NCBI GenBank assembly: GCA_964653595.1
Contig: CAZZHH010000011.1
Coordinates: forward strand, 2,178-66,177
DNA: 64,000 bases
Direction of reading: 5' to 3'
Source: an uncultured Lentimicrobiaceae bacterium
Lineage (GTDB): Bacteria; Bacteroidota; Bacteroidia; Bacteroidales; WCHB1-69
The notes beneath the pieces are model-generated. The model searched no databases. It was not told where the DNA came from and was given only the letters and a program-made list of their open reading frames with translations. A program made the position numbers and the translations under genes. Positions 48,158-58,130 of this stretch are shown here, piece by piece. How positions within the stretch are numbered: the stretch's first letter is position 1; the number at the start of each line of letters is the position of its first letter.

Positions 48158-50392
48158 TTATCTTAGTAATGAAACAGATCCATGTAGGTTATATTCTTTA
48201 TTGTCGTAGCCTTTAGCAACATAAACATAATAATACACTCCTTCGGAGAGTTCTAATCCATCCTTGTCAATTCCGTACCAAGGTTCTGAGATGCTATTCG
48301 ACACAAATACTTCTCTACCCCAACGGTTATAAATTTTCATCGACTCAAGGGCAATTCCAACAGATACAGCAAAAAAAGAGTCGTTAAAACTATCCCCATT
48401 TGGAGTAAACACATTTGGTATTTCCACATTCGATGGTGGTAGAACTTCCACCTTGATGGTAGTTGAATCTGTACAAAAACTAGGAGCTCCAGTGCTCACA
48501 ATCAAAGTTACGGCATACACTCCCTGATTAGTATATGTATGAACTGGATTTATAAACGTAGAGTTTGAACCATCTCCAAAATCCCAAAAAAAGGTGGTAG
48601 CTCCGATGCCAATGTAATAAAATGACACATCCAATGGAGCTATTCCAACGCTAGGATTGGAGGATGCCAAAGAAGTGACATCATAAGCAGTGGTTATCGA
48701 AAATTGAGCTGTTTGCGAGCAATTATTTGAATCGGTTACCATTACATGATAATCCCCGCCACAATACTCACTTGCAACAGAAGAGATGGAGGAATTTTGC
48801 AACCATTGAAAGGTATAAGGCGGTGTTAATCCTGATGTTATCAAAGTAGCTATTCCATTACAAGCATTTTTACAACTTTCAGAGACAACATCCACATTTG
48901 TTATAATTGGAGCTTGATCCTGCATGGAATAGGTATTTGAAGCAGTGCAACCTAAAAAATCGGTAACGGTAACAGAATAAATTCCAGCACTTAGATTATT
49001 ATTATTATCCATAGTAATCCCATTGTTCCACTGATACGAATATGGTTCTACTCCATTTTCTCCACTTGCAGTGAGTGCGCCCGTTGAAGTTTGATAACAA
49101 ATGGGAATATTTATGAGAGATATCGATGCCCCAATAGTATAAAGATAAAAGGAATGAACGGTTGGCAACGACTGACATCCATTTTGAGAAACTACAAGCG
49201 ACAATGGATGTAAACCAGACACAGATGAAGAAACTGAATGAGGCCCAATTCCAATTCCTGAATTTAAAGTAGCATCTGTTGTAGTCCATTCAAAACTGCT
49301 TAAGCTGCTTGCGTCTCCAGTATAATTTACAATAGCACTGTTGTTAGCACAAAAGGTATCTGGATTTATGGTAAAAGATGAGTTAGGAACCCAATTTGGG
49401 ACAAATACGGAAGTAGTTGCAGAAACCCCCATAAGATCAGTAACCGTAACCGTATACGTTCCACTACAAAGTCCAGAATCCAACTGGTTAATTGGGCTAC
49501 TACCTCCACTCCATAAATAAGAGTATGGAGGTGTCCCCCCCGAAGCAACAACCGTAGCGGTACCATTGCAAGTAATTGTAGGCATAGGTACACAAATGCT
49601 ATTACAGGTCCCTTGGGTAGGTGAAGCAGGAACGGAACTTTGCCACGCACCTCCATCTGGCACCCTACGAAAAGTTAGACCCAGCGTAGGTGTATTCGTT
49701 GAAATATAACTCTTTTTTGAACTTGGAATTACATCGTAGGCTGGCAAAACACCAGTAAAAGAGCTTGATGGAGGAATACAAGGGGCACAGCTACTACATG
49801 AATTAGAAACGGATGCCCACGAAATTGCATCCTGTGGGTTGCCCAATTTATCGTAGAAAGCAAACCACCCACCACTATTCGGGAACCAAAGCCGATATCC
49901 GCCACCAATGCATGAGTTGGTATTGTTGACAACAATTTCAATGGTATTTCCACCGTTTTGCACCAAAAATTCAGATGAAACGGGCGTAGCATTAACCCCT
50001 CTGATAACACAAAAACCTCTACTTGGGATTATGGTATTAGGAGGAATAACAAATCCACCTCCATAATTTATCCCAGATTCGGGAGCATTGTTTCCTAACA
50101 AAAAACCAGAGATATCTTTTGGATAACAGTAATCCGGATTGTACAATTCTATCCACTCCCCAGAATTTGTGTTAGGAGTGAAACCAGGCCCATCGCCATA
50201 AATCGACCCATCAAATTGAGAAGGACATAGCATCACTTCATTTATCAAGATAGATGGTCCTGAATAATTACAACCAACTCCATTACAAACATAATTTTGA
50301 GTTACAGTATGCGACAAACTGATTTGACCCAATGCATTAGCAAAGAGAAAAACTGCGTTGATTGTAAAAAAAAACCTAAACCATTGTCTCAT
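48158..50392 (-). CDS. T9SS type B (gliding motility-associated/CHU_C) CTD protein with lamin-tail-like, SprB-repeat and PKD domains
   Basis: ILINEV...EWIELYN (LTD-like), SGGTPPYSYLW (SprB repeat), FWDFGDG...NPVHTY (PKD), IPNVFTPNGD...IYNRWG CTD. Confidence 0.88.
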   Translation of the reverse strand: MRQWFRFFFTINAVFLFANALGQISLSHTVTQNYVCNGVGCNYSGPSILINEVMLCPSQFDGSIYGDGPGFTPNTNSGEWIELYNPDYCYPKDISGFLLGNNAPESGINYGGGFVIPPNTIIPSRGFCVIRGVNATPVSSEFLVQNGGNTIEIVVNNTNSCIGGGYRLWFPNSGGWFAFYDKLGNPQDAISWASVSNSCSSCAPCIPPSSSFTGVLPAYDVIPSSKKSYISTNTPTLGLTFRRVPDGGAWQSSVPASPTQGTCNSICVPMPTITCNGTATVVASGGTPPYSYLWSGGSSPINQLDSGLCSGTYTVTVTDLMGVSATTSVFVPNWVPNSSFTINPDTFCANNSAIVNYTGDASSLSSFEWTTTDATLNSGIGIGPHSVSSSVSGLHPLSLVVSQNGCQSLPTVHSFYLYTIGASISLINIPICYQTSTGALTASGENGVEPYSYQWNNGITMDNNNNLSAGIYSVTVTDFLGCTASNTYSMQDQAPIITNVDVVSESCKNACNGIATLITSGLTPPYTFQWLQNSSISSVASEYCGGDYHVMVTDSNNCSQTAQFSITTAYDVTSLASSNPSVGIAPLDVSFYYIGIGATTFFWDFGDGSNSTFINPVHTYTNQGVYAVTLIVSTGAPSFCTDSTTIKVEVLPPSNVEIPNVFTPNGDSFNDSFFAVSVGIALESMKIYNRWGREVFVSNSISEPWYGIDKDGLELSEGVYYYVYVAKGYDNKEYNLHGSVSLLR

Positions 50393-50626
50393 AACTCAAT
50401 TTAACTAATAGTAAAGACAATACCAACAACCTAATCGTTGCAAATATATAATTTTTATTTAATACGGGAATGCTTTCCAATTAAAATATAGAAATAACAT
50501 CCTTGATTTTCAATCACTATAATTTGAATATAGAATATTATATCAATGGAATAGGCGACTAAAAAGCATAAAAAAAGTTCATCAGATAAACCAATGAACT
50601 TTTTTGAAAAAGGATAAAATAAAATA

Positions 50627-52636
50627 TTATCTAAATGAAATATCTCTCCAACAAGTAGATACAGCATCATAAATCAAAGTTATCGAATGATTTGGTGGTA
50701 ATAAAATGTCCGCAGCAGTACTAAACATGAATTGATTTGGAACAAGGCTCGACATGTTTTGATGTTGTAAATTAACATTATTGACACCAACGTTGGTAAT
50801 AATTAATATTTTTCCATCACTACCATTGGTTAGTCCAGAGATATTTCGTAGTGCATCACTCGATAAGCGAATAAAAGACTTATCGTCTACAAAGAAATTA
50901 TTAACATCTGCAGTTAACTGAGCTAATGTTTTTGCCCTTAAAGCGACATCTCCATTTACGTCCAATTTTGCATTTGGTGCATTGGTTCCGATACCTACTT
51001 TTTGGAAATCATCTTCATAAATTTCGGAACATATTGCAACGGTTCCATCATTTTTAATTAAGAAGTTTGCGTTATTGCAACCCACAGGACCTACATCTCC
51101 TTGAGGGCCTTCATTTCCTTGAGGGCCTTGAGGACCAGCGGGACCAGCAGGACCTTGAGGACCTTGAGGACCTTGAGGTCCATCTACCCCATTAGAGCCA
51201 TTCACACCGGGCAATCCTTGTGGACCAGAAGGACCAGCTAAGTTAACACATGTATAAGTTAAATCTCCTACTACCCTAACACAAAGCTCGGTTGCATTCC
51301 AATAATACTCTATGCTATTTCCGTCGTTACCTGAAGGACCTTGGGGGCCATCTACCCCTTGAGGACCATCGGCACCCTGAGGACCTTGAGGACCATCGGC
51401 GCCAGTTGGACCAATAGGGCCTTGAGGACCTTGAGGTCCATCTACCCCATTAGAGCCATTCACACCGGGCAATCCTTGAGGACCGGTAGGTCCAACCAAA
51501 TTGACACAAGTATAAGTTGGATCTCCTGCTACTCTAACACAAAGTTCGGTTGCATTCCAATAATACTCTATACTATTTCCTATTGGACCTTGAATACCCA
51601 CTGGACCCTCAGGGCCGCGTAAATTATTAATAATGGTATCTTGTCCATTTATCAAAATCAAACTATCCCCAGTAACCGACCACTCAAAGTTGTAACCCAA
51701 CCAATAGCAAGTAAAAGGGGAACCTATCGTATCTACACGAACACACAAAGAGTCGGCATGCCATTCGTAAATAAGTCCTGGACCTTGGGGACCTGCAACA
51801 CCAATTGGTCCTTGAGGACCTTCAGGGCCTCGTAAATTATTTACAATGGTATCTTGTCCATTTATCAAAATCAAACTATCTCCCGTAATAGACCATTCAA
51901 AGTTGTAACCCAACCAATAACAGGTAAATGGGGAATCTAAAGTATCGACGCGAACACATAATGAGTCGGCATGCCATTCGTAAATAAGTCCTGGACCTTG
52001 GGGACCTGCAACACCAATTGGTCCTTGAGGACCTTCGGGGCCACGTAAGTTGCCAATAATAGTATCTGTTCCATTCATCATTATCAAACTATCCCCAGTA
52101 ACCGACCACTCAAAACTATAACCTAGCCAATAACAAGTAAAAGGAGAATTCAAAGTATCTACGCGAACACATAAAGAGTCGTTGTGCCATTCGTACAACA
52201 AACCAGTCCCAGGAGCGCCATCTAAACCAGTAGGGCCAATTGGGCCTGCGACACCAGTATCCCCTTGTGGACCTTGAGGGCCAGCAATACCTCCATTACA
52301 TAGCGAAAACCAACATTCAGTGGGGTTTACAGCGATGCCTTTTCTCCAGACATATACACATTTATTGTCCGTATCATATACCATTAATCCACTTGCTCTA
52401 TTGTCGGAAGCAGCTGGAGTTATTGCTAATCGTTGAATGGAGTCCATACGAGGAATTAAAAAACCTTTATCGTTAGCATAAACTTCCAATGCAGCACTCA
52501 TATGAGGAGGCATTTGACTTGCCAAATTGCCGATAAACACTCCTTTTCCGTTTTGTGCGTATCCAGAAACCAGGATAAACATAAAAACGAGAAAGAAAAA
52601 TTTATGTTTCAACTGTTGTTTGATTATTAATTTCAT
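50627..52636 (-). CDS. Secreted collagen-like, phage-tail-fibre-like protein
   Basis: Signal peptide; SAALEV..KGFLIPRM domain; interrupted Gly-X-Y tracts with repeated Cys-pair modules; VGIGTNAPNAKLDVNG; beta-rich C-terminal domain. Confidence 0.8.
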   Translation of the reverse strand: MKLIIKQQLKHKFFFLVFMFILVSGYAQNGKGVFIGNLASQMPPHMSAALEVYANDKGFLIPRMDSIQRLAITPAASDNRASGLMVYDTDNKCVYVWRKGIAVNPTECWFSLCNGGIAGPQGPQGDTGVAGPIGPTGLDGAPGTGLLYEWHNDSLCVRVDTLNSPFTCYWLGYSFEWSVTGDSLIMMNGTDTIIGNLRGPEGPQGPIGVAGPQGPGLIYEWHADSLCVRVDTLDSPFTCYWLGYNFEWSITGDSLILINGQDTIVNNLRGPEGPQGPIGVAGPQGPGLIYEWHADSLCVRVDTIGSPFTCYWLGYNFEWSVTGDSLILINGQDTIINNLRGPEGPVGIQGPIGNSIEYYWNATELCVRVAGDPTYTCVNLVGPTGPQGLPGVNGSNGVDGPQGPQGPIGPTGADGPQGPQGADGPQGVDGPQGPSGNDGNSIEYYWNATELCVRVVGDLTYTCVNLAGPSGPQGLPGVNGSNGVDGPQGPQGPQGPAGPAGPQGPQGNEGPQGDVGPVGCNNANFLIKNDGTVAICSEIYEDDFQKVGIGTNAPNAKLDVNGDVALRAKTLAQLTADVNNFFVDDKSFIRLSSDALRNISGLTNGSDGKILIITNVGVNNVNLQHQNMSSLVPNQFMFSTAADILLPPNHSITLIYDAVSTCWRDISFR
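51080..52280 (-). repeat. Intragenic tandem repeats: three 213-nt units and two units 258 nt apart
   Basis: GAGTCG..TGCCATTCGTA anchors at 51750, 51963 and 52176 (period 213). CATCTACCCCATTAGAGCCATTCACACCGGGCAATCCTTG at 51181 and 51439 (offset 258). Confidence 0.9.
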
Positions 52637-52647
52637 TGAATTATGTT

Positions 52648-53943
52648 TTATAAAATTACATTTACAGTACCAGTATATTTATATTTTTTTCCACTACTTT
52701 TGGTTATCACTATCAACCATGTACACACACCACTTTGAATTACACTATTCATGTATGTTCCATCCCATCTGTTGTTGATGTTTTCCGATTGAAAGAGTAA
52801 TTCGCCCCAACGATTATAGATATAAAATTCATACTTTTCGTATGGGAAAGTAATTACCGGACCAAAAGATTCATTTGTATAAGATTCGTCTCTATCAGGA
52901 GTAAATGCATTAGGTATCCAAATATCTCCTCCAGCTTCTTCGCTAGCTAATGTCCAATTCGAGAAAAAATACTGTTTTGGAACCGATCCAGTAACGACCA
53001 GTTTTTGCTCCTCATTAGCAGTTGATGATGGAGTCCAATCATTCCAGGTCAAACTGTTAGAATTATATCGAATTGCTTTTAAGGTAGGTGCTTTGATTCT
53101 ATTTGGATTATCAATATCCATAGAGGTATATTTAAATCCAAGTTGAATTTCGGGTTTAGTAGTATAATTAGGATCAACAATCCAAAAACGATCCACTACA
53201 TTCATGTCGTTGTGAGGCTCTAGGTTGATAACACTGAGAGGCAAAGGATAATTTGTATAGTCGGGTGTGTGGTAGGTTGCAAATTTCACAAAGCCATAAC
53301 CACTTCCTGGAGATAGAGATGAGTAAGTTACACTAACATCATTCGTATTGTTGGCACCTGAACCAAAAGGAATAACATAATTACCAATCGCATCGCCAAT
53401 ATTCCATTGAATGGTTCCATATGCTGGTGGATAAGATTCACTGTGTATATGGCCAGATAGATAATTGATACTATTAGGATCCCTGTTATCAATGATTAAG
53501 TTATTCTCATTTAAGTTCAATCTTGCATTCAAGGTCATAATCCCTTTAATTGAGCAATCGGTAACATCTATATTTTTTTCCGTTCCAACAAAAATAATAT
53601 TTTCAAAATTGGACGAATTACTCCCTCTTATCGATTGAGTATAGCTCAAATTAGAAATAAATAAATCGCCATTGGGAACAGACTCAATGTTGTTGAACAA
53701 AAATCCGTTGGAATTATTAATCACATTTCCTTGCAAAACAATTTTACCATCTAAATCGATGTTTCCCAATCCTGTCTCTAAAATTAAATGATTTGGAATA
53801 AATACATAAGAGGAATCAGAACAAACCACACCAGCATCATAAATAGAAAAGCAGTAATCCTCAACAGTTTGAGAAAATAGATGTTGAGAAAAAAACAAAA
53901 ATTGGGCAATAAAAATCAACTTAATGAATCTCATTATTTTCAT
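52648..53943 (-). CDS. T9SS type B CTD protein (hypothetical N-terminal domain)
   Basis: WIPNAFTPD...YIYNRWGELLF...WDG CTD. Start moved from 54009 to MKIMRFIK (53943), giving a signal peptide. Confidence 0.82.
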   Translation of the reverse strand: MKIMRFIKLIFIAQFLFFSQHLFSQTVEDYCFSIYDAGVVCSDSSYVFIPNHLILETGLGNIDLDGKIVLQGNVINNSNGFLFNNIESVPNGDLFISNLSYTQSIRGSNSSNFENIIFVGTEKNIDVTDCSIKGIMTLNARLNLNENNLIIDNRDPNSINYLSGHIHSESYPPAYGTIQWNIGDAIGNYVIPFGSGANNTNDVSVTYSSLSPGSGYGFVKFATYHTPDYTNYPLPLSVINLEPHNDMNVVDRFWIVDPNYTTKPEIQLGFKYTSMDIDNPNRIKAPTLKAIRYNSNSLTWNDWTPSSTANEEQKLVVTGSVPKQYFFSNWTLASEEAGGDIWIPNAFTPDRDESYTNESFGPVITFPYEKYEFYIYNRWGELLFQSENINNRWDGTYMNSVIQSGVCTWLIVITKSSGKKYKYTGTVNVIL

Positions 53944-54168
53944 ATATATTATATCATTCAACTGTTTTGTCATTGCACTTATACTTATCATGTATCGATT
54001 TTGTTTCAAAAAGACAAAATAATATATCTTATTGGCGTCTTCCTATTTTTTAATAATCTAAAATTAACATATGTTTTTAATTATAAAACGGATAAAAAGG
54101 AATAAATGATTTCATTACGAAAAAAATAGTTTTAAATTTAGAAATTTCAAAAATTAAATAACACCCTT

Positions 54169-54993
54169 TCATTTTAAACAATTGTCATCTATGAGTAGTT
54201 TAGCATCCTCAATTCCTAAATTTAATGCAGTTCTCAAATCATTACACGCATTTTCTCTTTGATTAATCTTTAAATAGGCAACTCCTCGGCTATACCAAGC
54301 TCTTCCGTAATTAGAATTTAACACAATTGCTTTTGACTCCATCAAGATGGTTTGTTCAAACTCCCCTAATTGAAAAAAGGCAACCCCTTTACCGTGATAA
54401 GCTTCGGCAAATTGTGGGGCTAAAGCGATTGCTTTATCAAAAAATTGAATAGACTCTTTGTATTTTTTTAAAAGCAAAAGTGTATTTGCCTTATTATAAA
54501 ATGGATCTACATAAGTTGGGTTTATGGTATAAGCAGTTTGAAAATCTAACATTGCTTTTGAATATGCCTCCGTTTGCTTATATGCGATGCCTCTATTATT
54601 GTATGCTTCTGCAAAACCTGGGACCAATGAGATAGATTTGTCAAAATCGGCTATTGCCTGGCGTATAATACCTAACGCAAGGTAACTAAACCCTCTATTA
54701 TTGTATGCAGAGGAGTAGTTGTCATTTAATTTTATACATTTATCAAAGGCAGCGATTGCTCCTTTGTGATCTCCTTCTTCTGAAAGGATATTTCCTTGAG
54801 TATAAAAGTTCATTGCTTGCATACTGTCTTGTGCTATCAATTTCTGAAGTTCGGTGTGAGCTTTATCTACATTCCCCATTTCAAAATTCTTCTCAACAGA
54901 ATTCAAATCAACATCTTTATTCTCTACACATGAATTCAATAGAATAAAACTCAACAAAGAAAGTAATACGAAAAATAGGACGCGAAATTTCAT
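54169..54993 (-). CDS. TPR lipoprotein
   Basis: Lipobox LNSC; regular TPRs (AYNNRG, PFYNKA, AYHGKG, AWYSRG). Confidence 0.88.
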   Translation of the reverse strand: MKFRVLFFVLLSLLSFILLNSCVENKDVDLNSVEKNFEMGNVDKAHTELQKLIAQDSMQAMNFYTQGNILSEEGDHKGAIAAFDKCIKLNDNYSSAYNNRGFSYLALGIIRQAIADFDKSISLVPGFAEAYNNRGIAYKQTEAYSKAMLDFQTAYTINPTYVDPFYNKANTLLLLKKYKESIQFFDKAIALAPQFAEAYHGKGVAFFQLGEFEQTILMESKAIVLNSNYGRAWYSRGVAYLKINQRENACNDLRTALNLGIEDAKLLIDDNCLK

Positions 54994-54997
54994 AATA

Positions 54998-55714
54998 TTA
55001 ACATCCTGAAGCTAAAATATCCACGATATGAATAGTTTTAACAGAGAATTTATGTTTTTGAATAATGGAATCAAAATGCTTCAAACAGGTAGCATCCGTA
55101 GAAGTTATATATTCAGCGCCAGAATCTATGATCTGTTGCAATTGAAATAATGCTAATTTTTCGGCGTACTCTGGATATGATTCGGGAAATCGAGATCCGC
55201 CACCACAACAACTTTTATTTTCGAAAGGAGTCAAGGTTAAACTTTCCACTTCCTTTAAAAGTAATTGTGGTTCATTCGAAATATCACATTTTTCAGCAGC
55301 GGCACATGAATGGTAATAAGCAACAACCCCTTCAAACTTAGCTCCTAGATTGGTAATTTTTTTTACGTTTACCAAATATTGAGTAAGATCAAATGTTTGA
55401 GATTGAAATCCTTTCAACTCGTTATGTAAAGAAGTGTTAAAGAAAAACTCTTCAAAATATCTTTTCATAAAACCTAAACAGGCAGTAGAAGTAGTAATCA
55501 ATGGGCGATTAAATGGATATGTACGTATAAACTTCTCCGCATAATTTTTTGCGAGCTTCGGATATCCAGACAAATAAGCATGTTGCCCACAACAAGGAGT
55601 AAATGTTAATTCAGAAGGAGTATCGCCAATATAGGCAATTATTTTAAGTAAATTTTCTCTTTGCGGAAGCGAAAATCCATCGTGAGCACAAGCATAAAAC
55701 AGATCTACTATCAT
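54998..55714 (-). CDS. CCG-domain Fe-S binding protein (LutA/GlcF-like)
   Basis: Two CCG motifs (TPCCGQ, SCCGGG), STACL, YHSCAA, DATCLKH, IHIVDIL. Confidence 0.85.
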   Translation of the reverse strand: MIVDLFYACAHDGFSLPQRENLLKIIAYIGDTPSELTFTPCCGQHAYLSGYPKLAKNYAEKFIRTYPFNRPLITTSTACLGFMKRYFEEFFFNTSLHNELKGFQSQTFDLTQYLVNVKKITNLGAKFEGVVAYYHSCAAAEKCDISNEPQLLLKEVESLTLTPFENKSCCGGGSRFPESYPEYAEKLALFQLQQIIDSGAEYITSTDATCLKHFDSIIQKHKFSVKTIHIVDILASGC

Positions 55715-55768
55715 GATTTAAAATTAATCTACAAATTTAATGTATTTTTAGTAAAATGCAAAAAATAA

Positions 55769-56446
55769 TTAGTGAGATACTCCAATTTTTAGTTTCTGAA
55801 AATCAAGGACAACAAACTCTTTATTCTCAATTCTCACCACACCTTCTTGCTCCAATTGAGCTAATGACCGAGCTAAAGCAGGGCGAGTAACCCCAAAATA
55901 GTCAGCTATTTGTTGCTGCGTGAGATCCATTTTAGACCGCATGGTTTGTTGATTTAAATTTTCTAATATATAAAAACACAATTTTTCTTTAATGGTTTTA
56001 AAGGAGATAAACCATATTCTTTCAGTTAAAAAAGTCGCTCTATTGGAAACCATTTGCAAAAAATTCACCATTAACGCATTATTTTTATGCATCATCAGTA
56101 TGAGAGATTCTTTTGGCAAATACAAAATATCGGTATCTGTAATTGCTGTAATATTCACCGGAAGTTTAGGTTTATTACTAAATATCAATGCAGTAGCCAG
56201 AGGCATTCCCGATTTTAACTCTTCAATTTTTACCACTTTACCAGATGGGTCAATCATCTCTGCATTCACGGCACCCGTAAGAACAATCATCAACGTATGA
56301 TAGTCGTCTCCTCTTTGGGCTATCAACTCTCCTTTTGAATGTCTTCTTTTTTGGTAATCTACATGAGCGATTAATGTTTCAATTTCTGAAGGAGAAATTC
56401 CTTTAAAAAGTGAAGAAAATAGCAATCTTGTTTTTACATCTTCCAT
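55769..56446 (-). CDS. Crp/Fnr family transcriptional regulator
   Basis: cNMP-type domain, then LTQQQIADYFGVTRPALAR HTH. Confidence 0.92.
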   Translation of the reverse strand: MEDVKTRLLFSSLFKGISPSEIETLIAHVDYQKRRHSKGELIAQRGDDYHTLMIVLTGAVNAEMIDPSGKVVKIEELKSGMPLATALIFSNKPKLPVNITAITDTDILYLPKESLILMMHKNNALMVNFLQMVSNRATFLTERIWFISFKTIKEKLCFYILENLNQQTMRSKMDLTQQQIADYFGVTRPALARSLAQLEQEGVVRIENKEFVVLDFQKLKIGVSH

Positions 56447-56479
56447 TCAAACGCACTTAAATATTATTGATTTATTTTA

Positions 56480-57949
56480 TCATCTTTGAAATTTACCTTT
56501 TTTTCTTCCCAAATCGGCACTGTTGTACTCTATTGCTCCCAAATCAGGCATTCCATCTCGTGAAAATTCAAAAATATCGAGAGGATAGGTACTCAAATAA
56601 GCTGGATTGCCACTATTTTTAGCAGGAGAAGTCGCTAATATTCGGTAATTATTATCTTCTATGGACTTAAAAAGAGGATCCACATTTCGAAGACAGTTAG
56701 ATACAGATGCGTTATTTAAACTTGTTTTCATCAAACAATGGTCGAATAAAACATCAAAGTTTGCTGCTTCATTTTTATCTAGTTGTACTTCCTCGGAGAG
56801 ATTTCCATAAATGATGGAATTTGCAAACAATACTTGAAGATTGCTTACCTCAATAGCAGTAGAGGTAACTAAATAATTGCTAATAAATAGCGATGTAGAA
56901 GACCTTGTATCCCCCGTCCATTGATTGGATAGGGTATTATGGATAAACGAATAACTGCCCCCACCAGTTAAAGCTACCAAATACTGTCCGCAGTTATACA
57001 CAAGATTATTGGAAGCTTGAATAGAATATCTTTTTGCCAAAATACCGGCTCCAGACATGTTTTCAATAATCGTATTGGTAAGTACCAATTTATTTCCCAT
57101 CGACTGATCTAACGTTTCGGCTTGAATGCCTATAAATCCATTTTTGATTACAGCATAGTTAATTTCATTATCTACAGATCCTTCATTTAGCCATATTCTA
57201 TCCCATTGACCAGCCACATTGGCATACCATGTTTCTCGTCTATCTCCCTGGAAAACAACAGGATTGTCTTTTATCCCTTGCACTTTTAGACTTCCACCTT
57301 TATAAACCCAAACTCCCGAATTTTTGTGCATATAAATTTTACATCCATTTTCGATGGTTAACGATGCAGTAGAGTCTACTACAGCATATCCATAAATCAC
57401 ATACGGTTTATCGTTTTGCCAAGTTATATGCTGACCTTCTGCTGCAACAATTTTATAGGGTGGCAATCCTGCAACTCGGTGATCGGCAACAATAAAATGA
57501 GCATCTTGACCACATGCAACTACATCCACATCTTGTTGATTGCCATTTAATTCAAACAAAATGGAGTCTTTTATCAAAATCGGATTGTTTTGATTGTTGA
57601 TGTTAATATTGGCTTTCACAAAAATAAAGAGGCTGTCTTTAGCATCTATCTCCACATTGCGAACCGAATTAGAGGGTTCTCCATTCACATTTAAACTAAA
57701 GTAAGAGTTGTTGCCAGCCAAACGAATAGAGCTAATAATAATTTTTTTGTTGTAAGGATTGTACACGGTAAGTCGCTGAGTGGAAGTAGTAACCGTAGTA
57801 AAAACAGTATCAAAAGTGATTAACTCGGTTGAAAAATTAACTTTTGCAGAATCATCCGTCATTAAATTATCCTCTTTTTTACATGAAAATAAGAGCAATA
57901 GGAAAAGGGGGAAAAAAAGATAACTTAGTTTTGTCTTTATAGCTAGCAT
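56480..57949 (-). CDS. Lipoprotein with right-handed beta-helix (pectin-lyase-like fold), function unknown
   Basis: Lipobox LFSC followed by KKED; FDTVF; SLTIENG...GSL..QG...PVVF; DMGAIEY-like tail (PDLGAIEY). Start moved to 57949 because TATTTTTG (57980-57987) overlaps the ORF-track TTG. Confidence 0.72.
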   Translation of the reverse strand: MLAIKTKLSYLFFPLFLLLLFSCKKEDNLMTDDSAKVNFSTELITFDTVFTTVTTSTQRLTVYNPYNKKIIISSIRLAGNNSYFSLNVNGEPSNSVRNVEIDAKDSLFIFVKANININNQNNPILIKDSILFELNGNQQDVDVVACGQDAHFIVADHRVAGLPPYKIVAAEGQHITWQNDKPYVIYGYAVVDSTASLTIENGCKIYMHKNSGVWVYKGGSLKVQGIKDNPVVFQGDRRETWYANVAGQWDRIWLNEGSVDNEINYAVIKNGFIGIQAETLDQSMGNKLVLTNTIIENMSGAGILAKRYSIQASNNLVYNCGQYLVALTGGGSYSFIHNTLSNQWTGDTRSSTSLFISNYLVTSTAIEVSNLQVLFANSIIYGNLSEEVQLDKNEAANFDVLFDHCLMKTSLNNASVSNCLRNVDPLFKSIEDNNYRILATSPAKNSGNPAYLSTYPLDIFEFSRDGMPDLGAIEYNSADLGRKKGKFQR

Positions 57950-58104
57950 ACTGAATTCAATTTTTTGCTTACGTAACGACAAAAATACGAAATTGGTATG
58001 ACTTTATCGATATTTTCTAGAAATAAACAAATGAAACATTAAGTATTCGTTAAATTAATATAATTCCATGCAAGAATGAGGATTATTTTTTAAAAAAATT
58101 ACCT

Positions 58105-58112
58105 TATCTTTG
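58105..58112 (+). promoter_or_regulatory. -7 element (TATCTTTG) for the glycogen operon
   Basis: TAnnTTTG match 18 nt upstream of ATG 58131. Confidence 0.6.
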
Positions 58113-58130
58113 TGAAAATTCCAAAACGAT

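Noticed and set aside
51341-52778. Plus-strand ORFs antisense to the collagen gene (e.g. LRTLRTLRT repeats)
   Set aside because: Shadow frames of Gly-Pro-Gln codon repeats.
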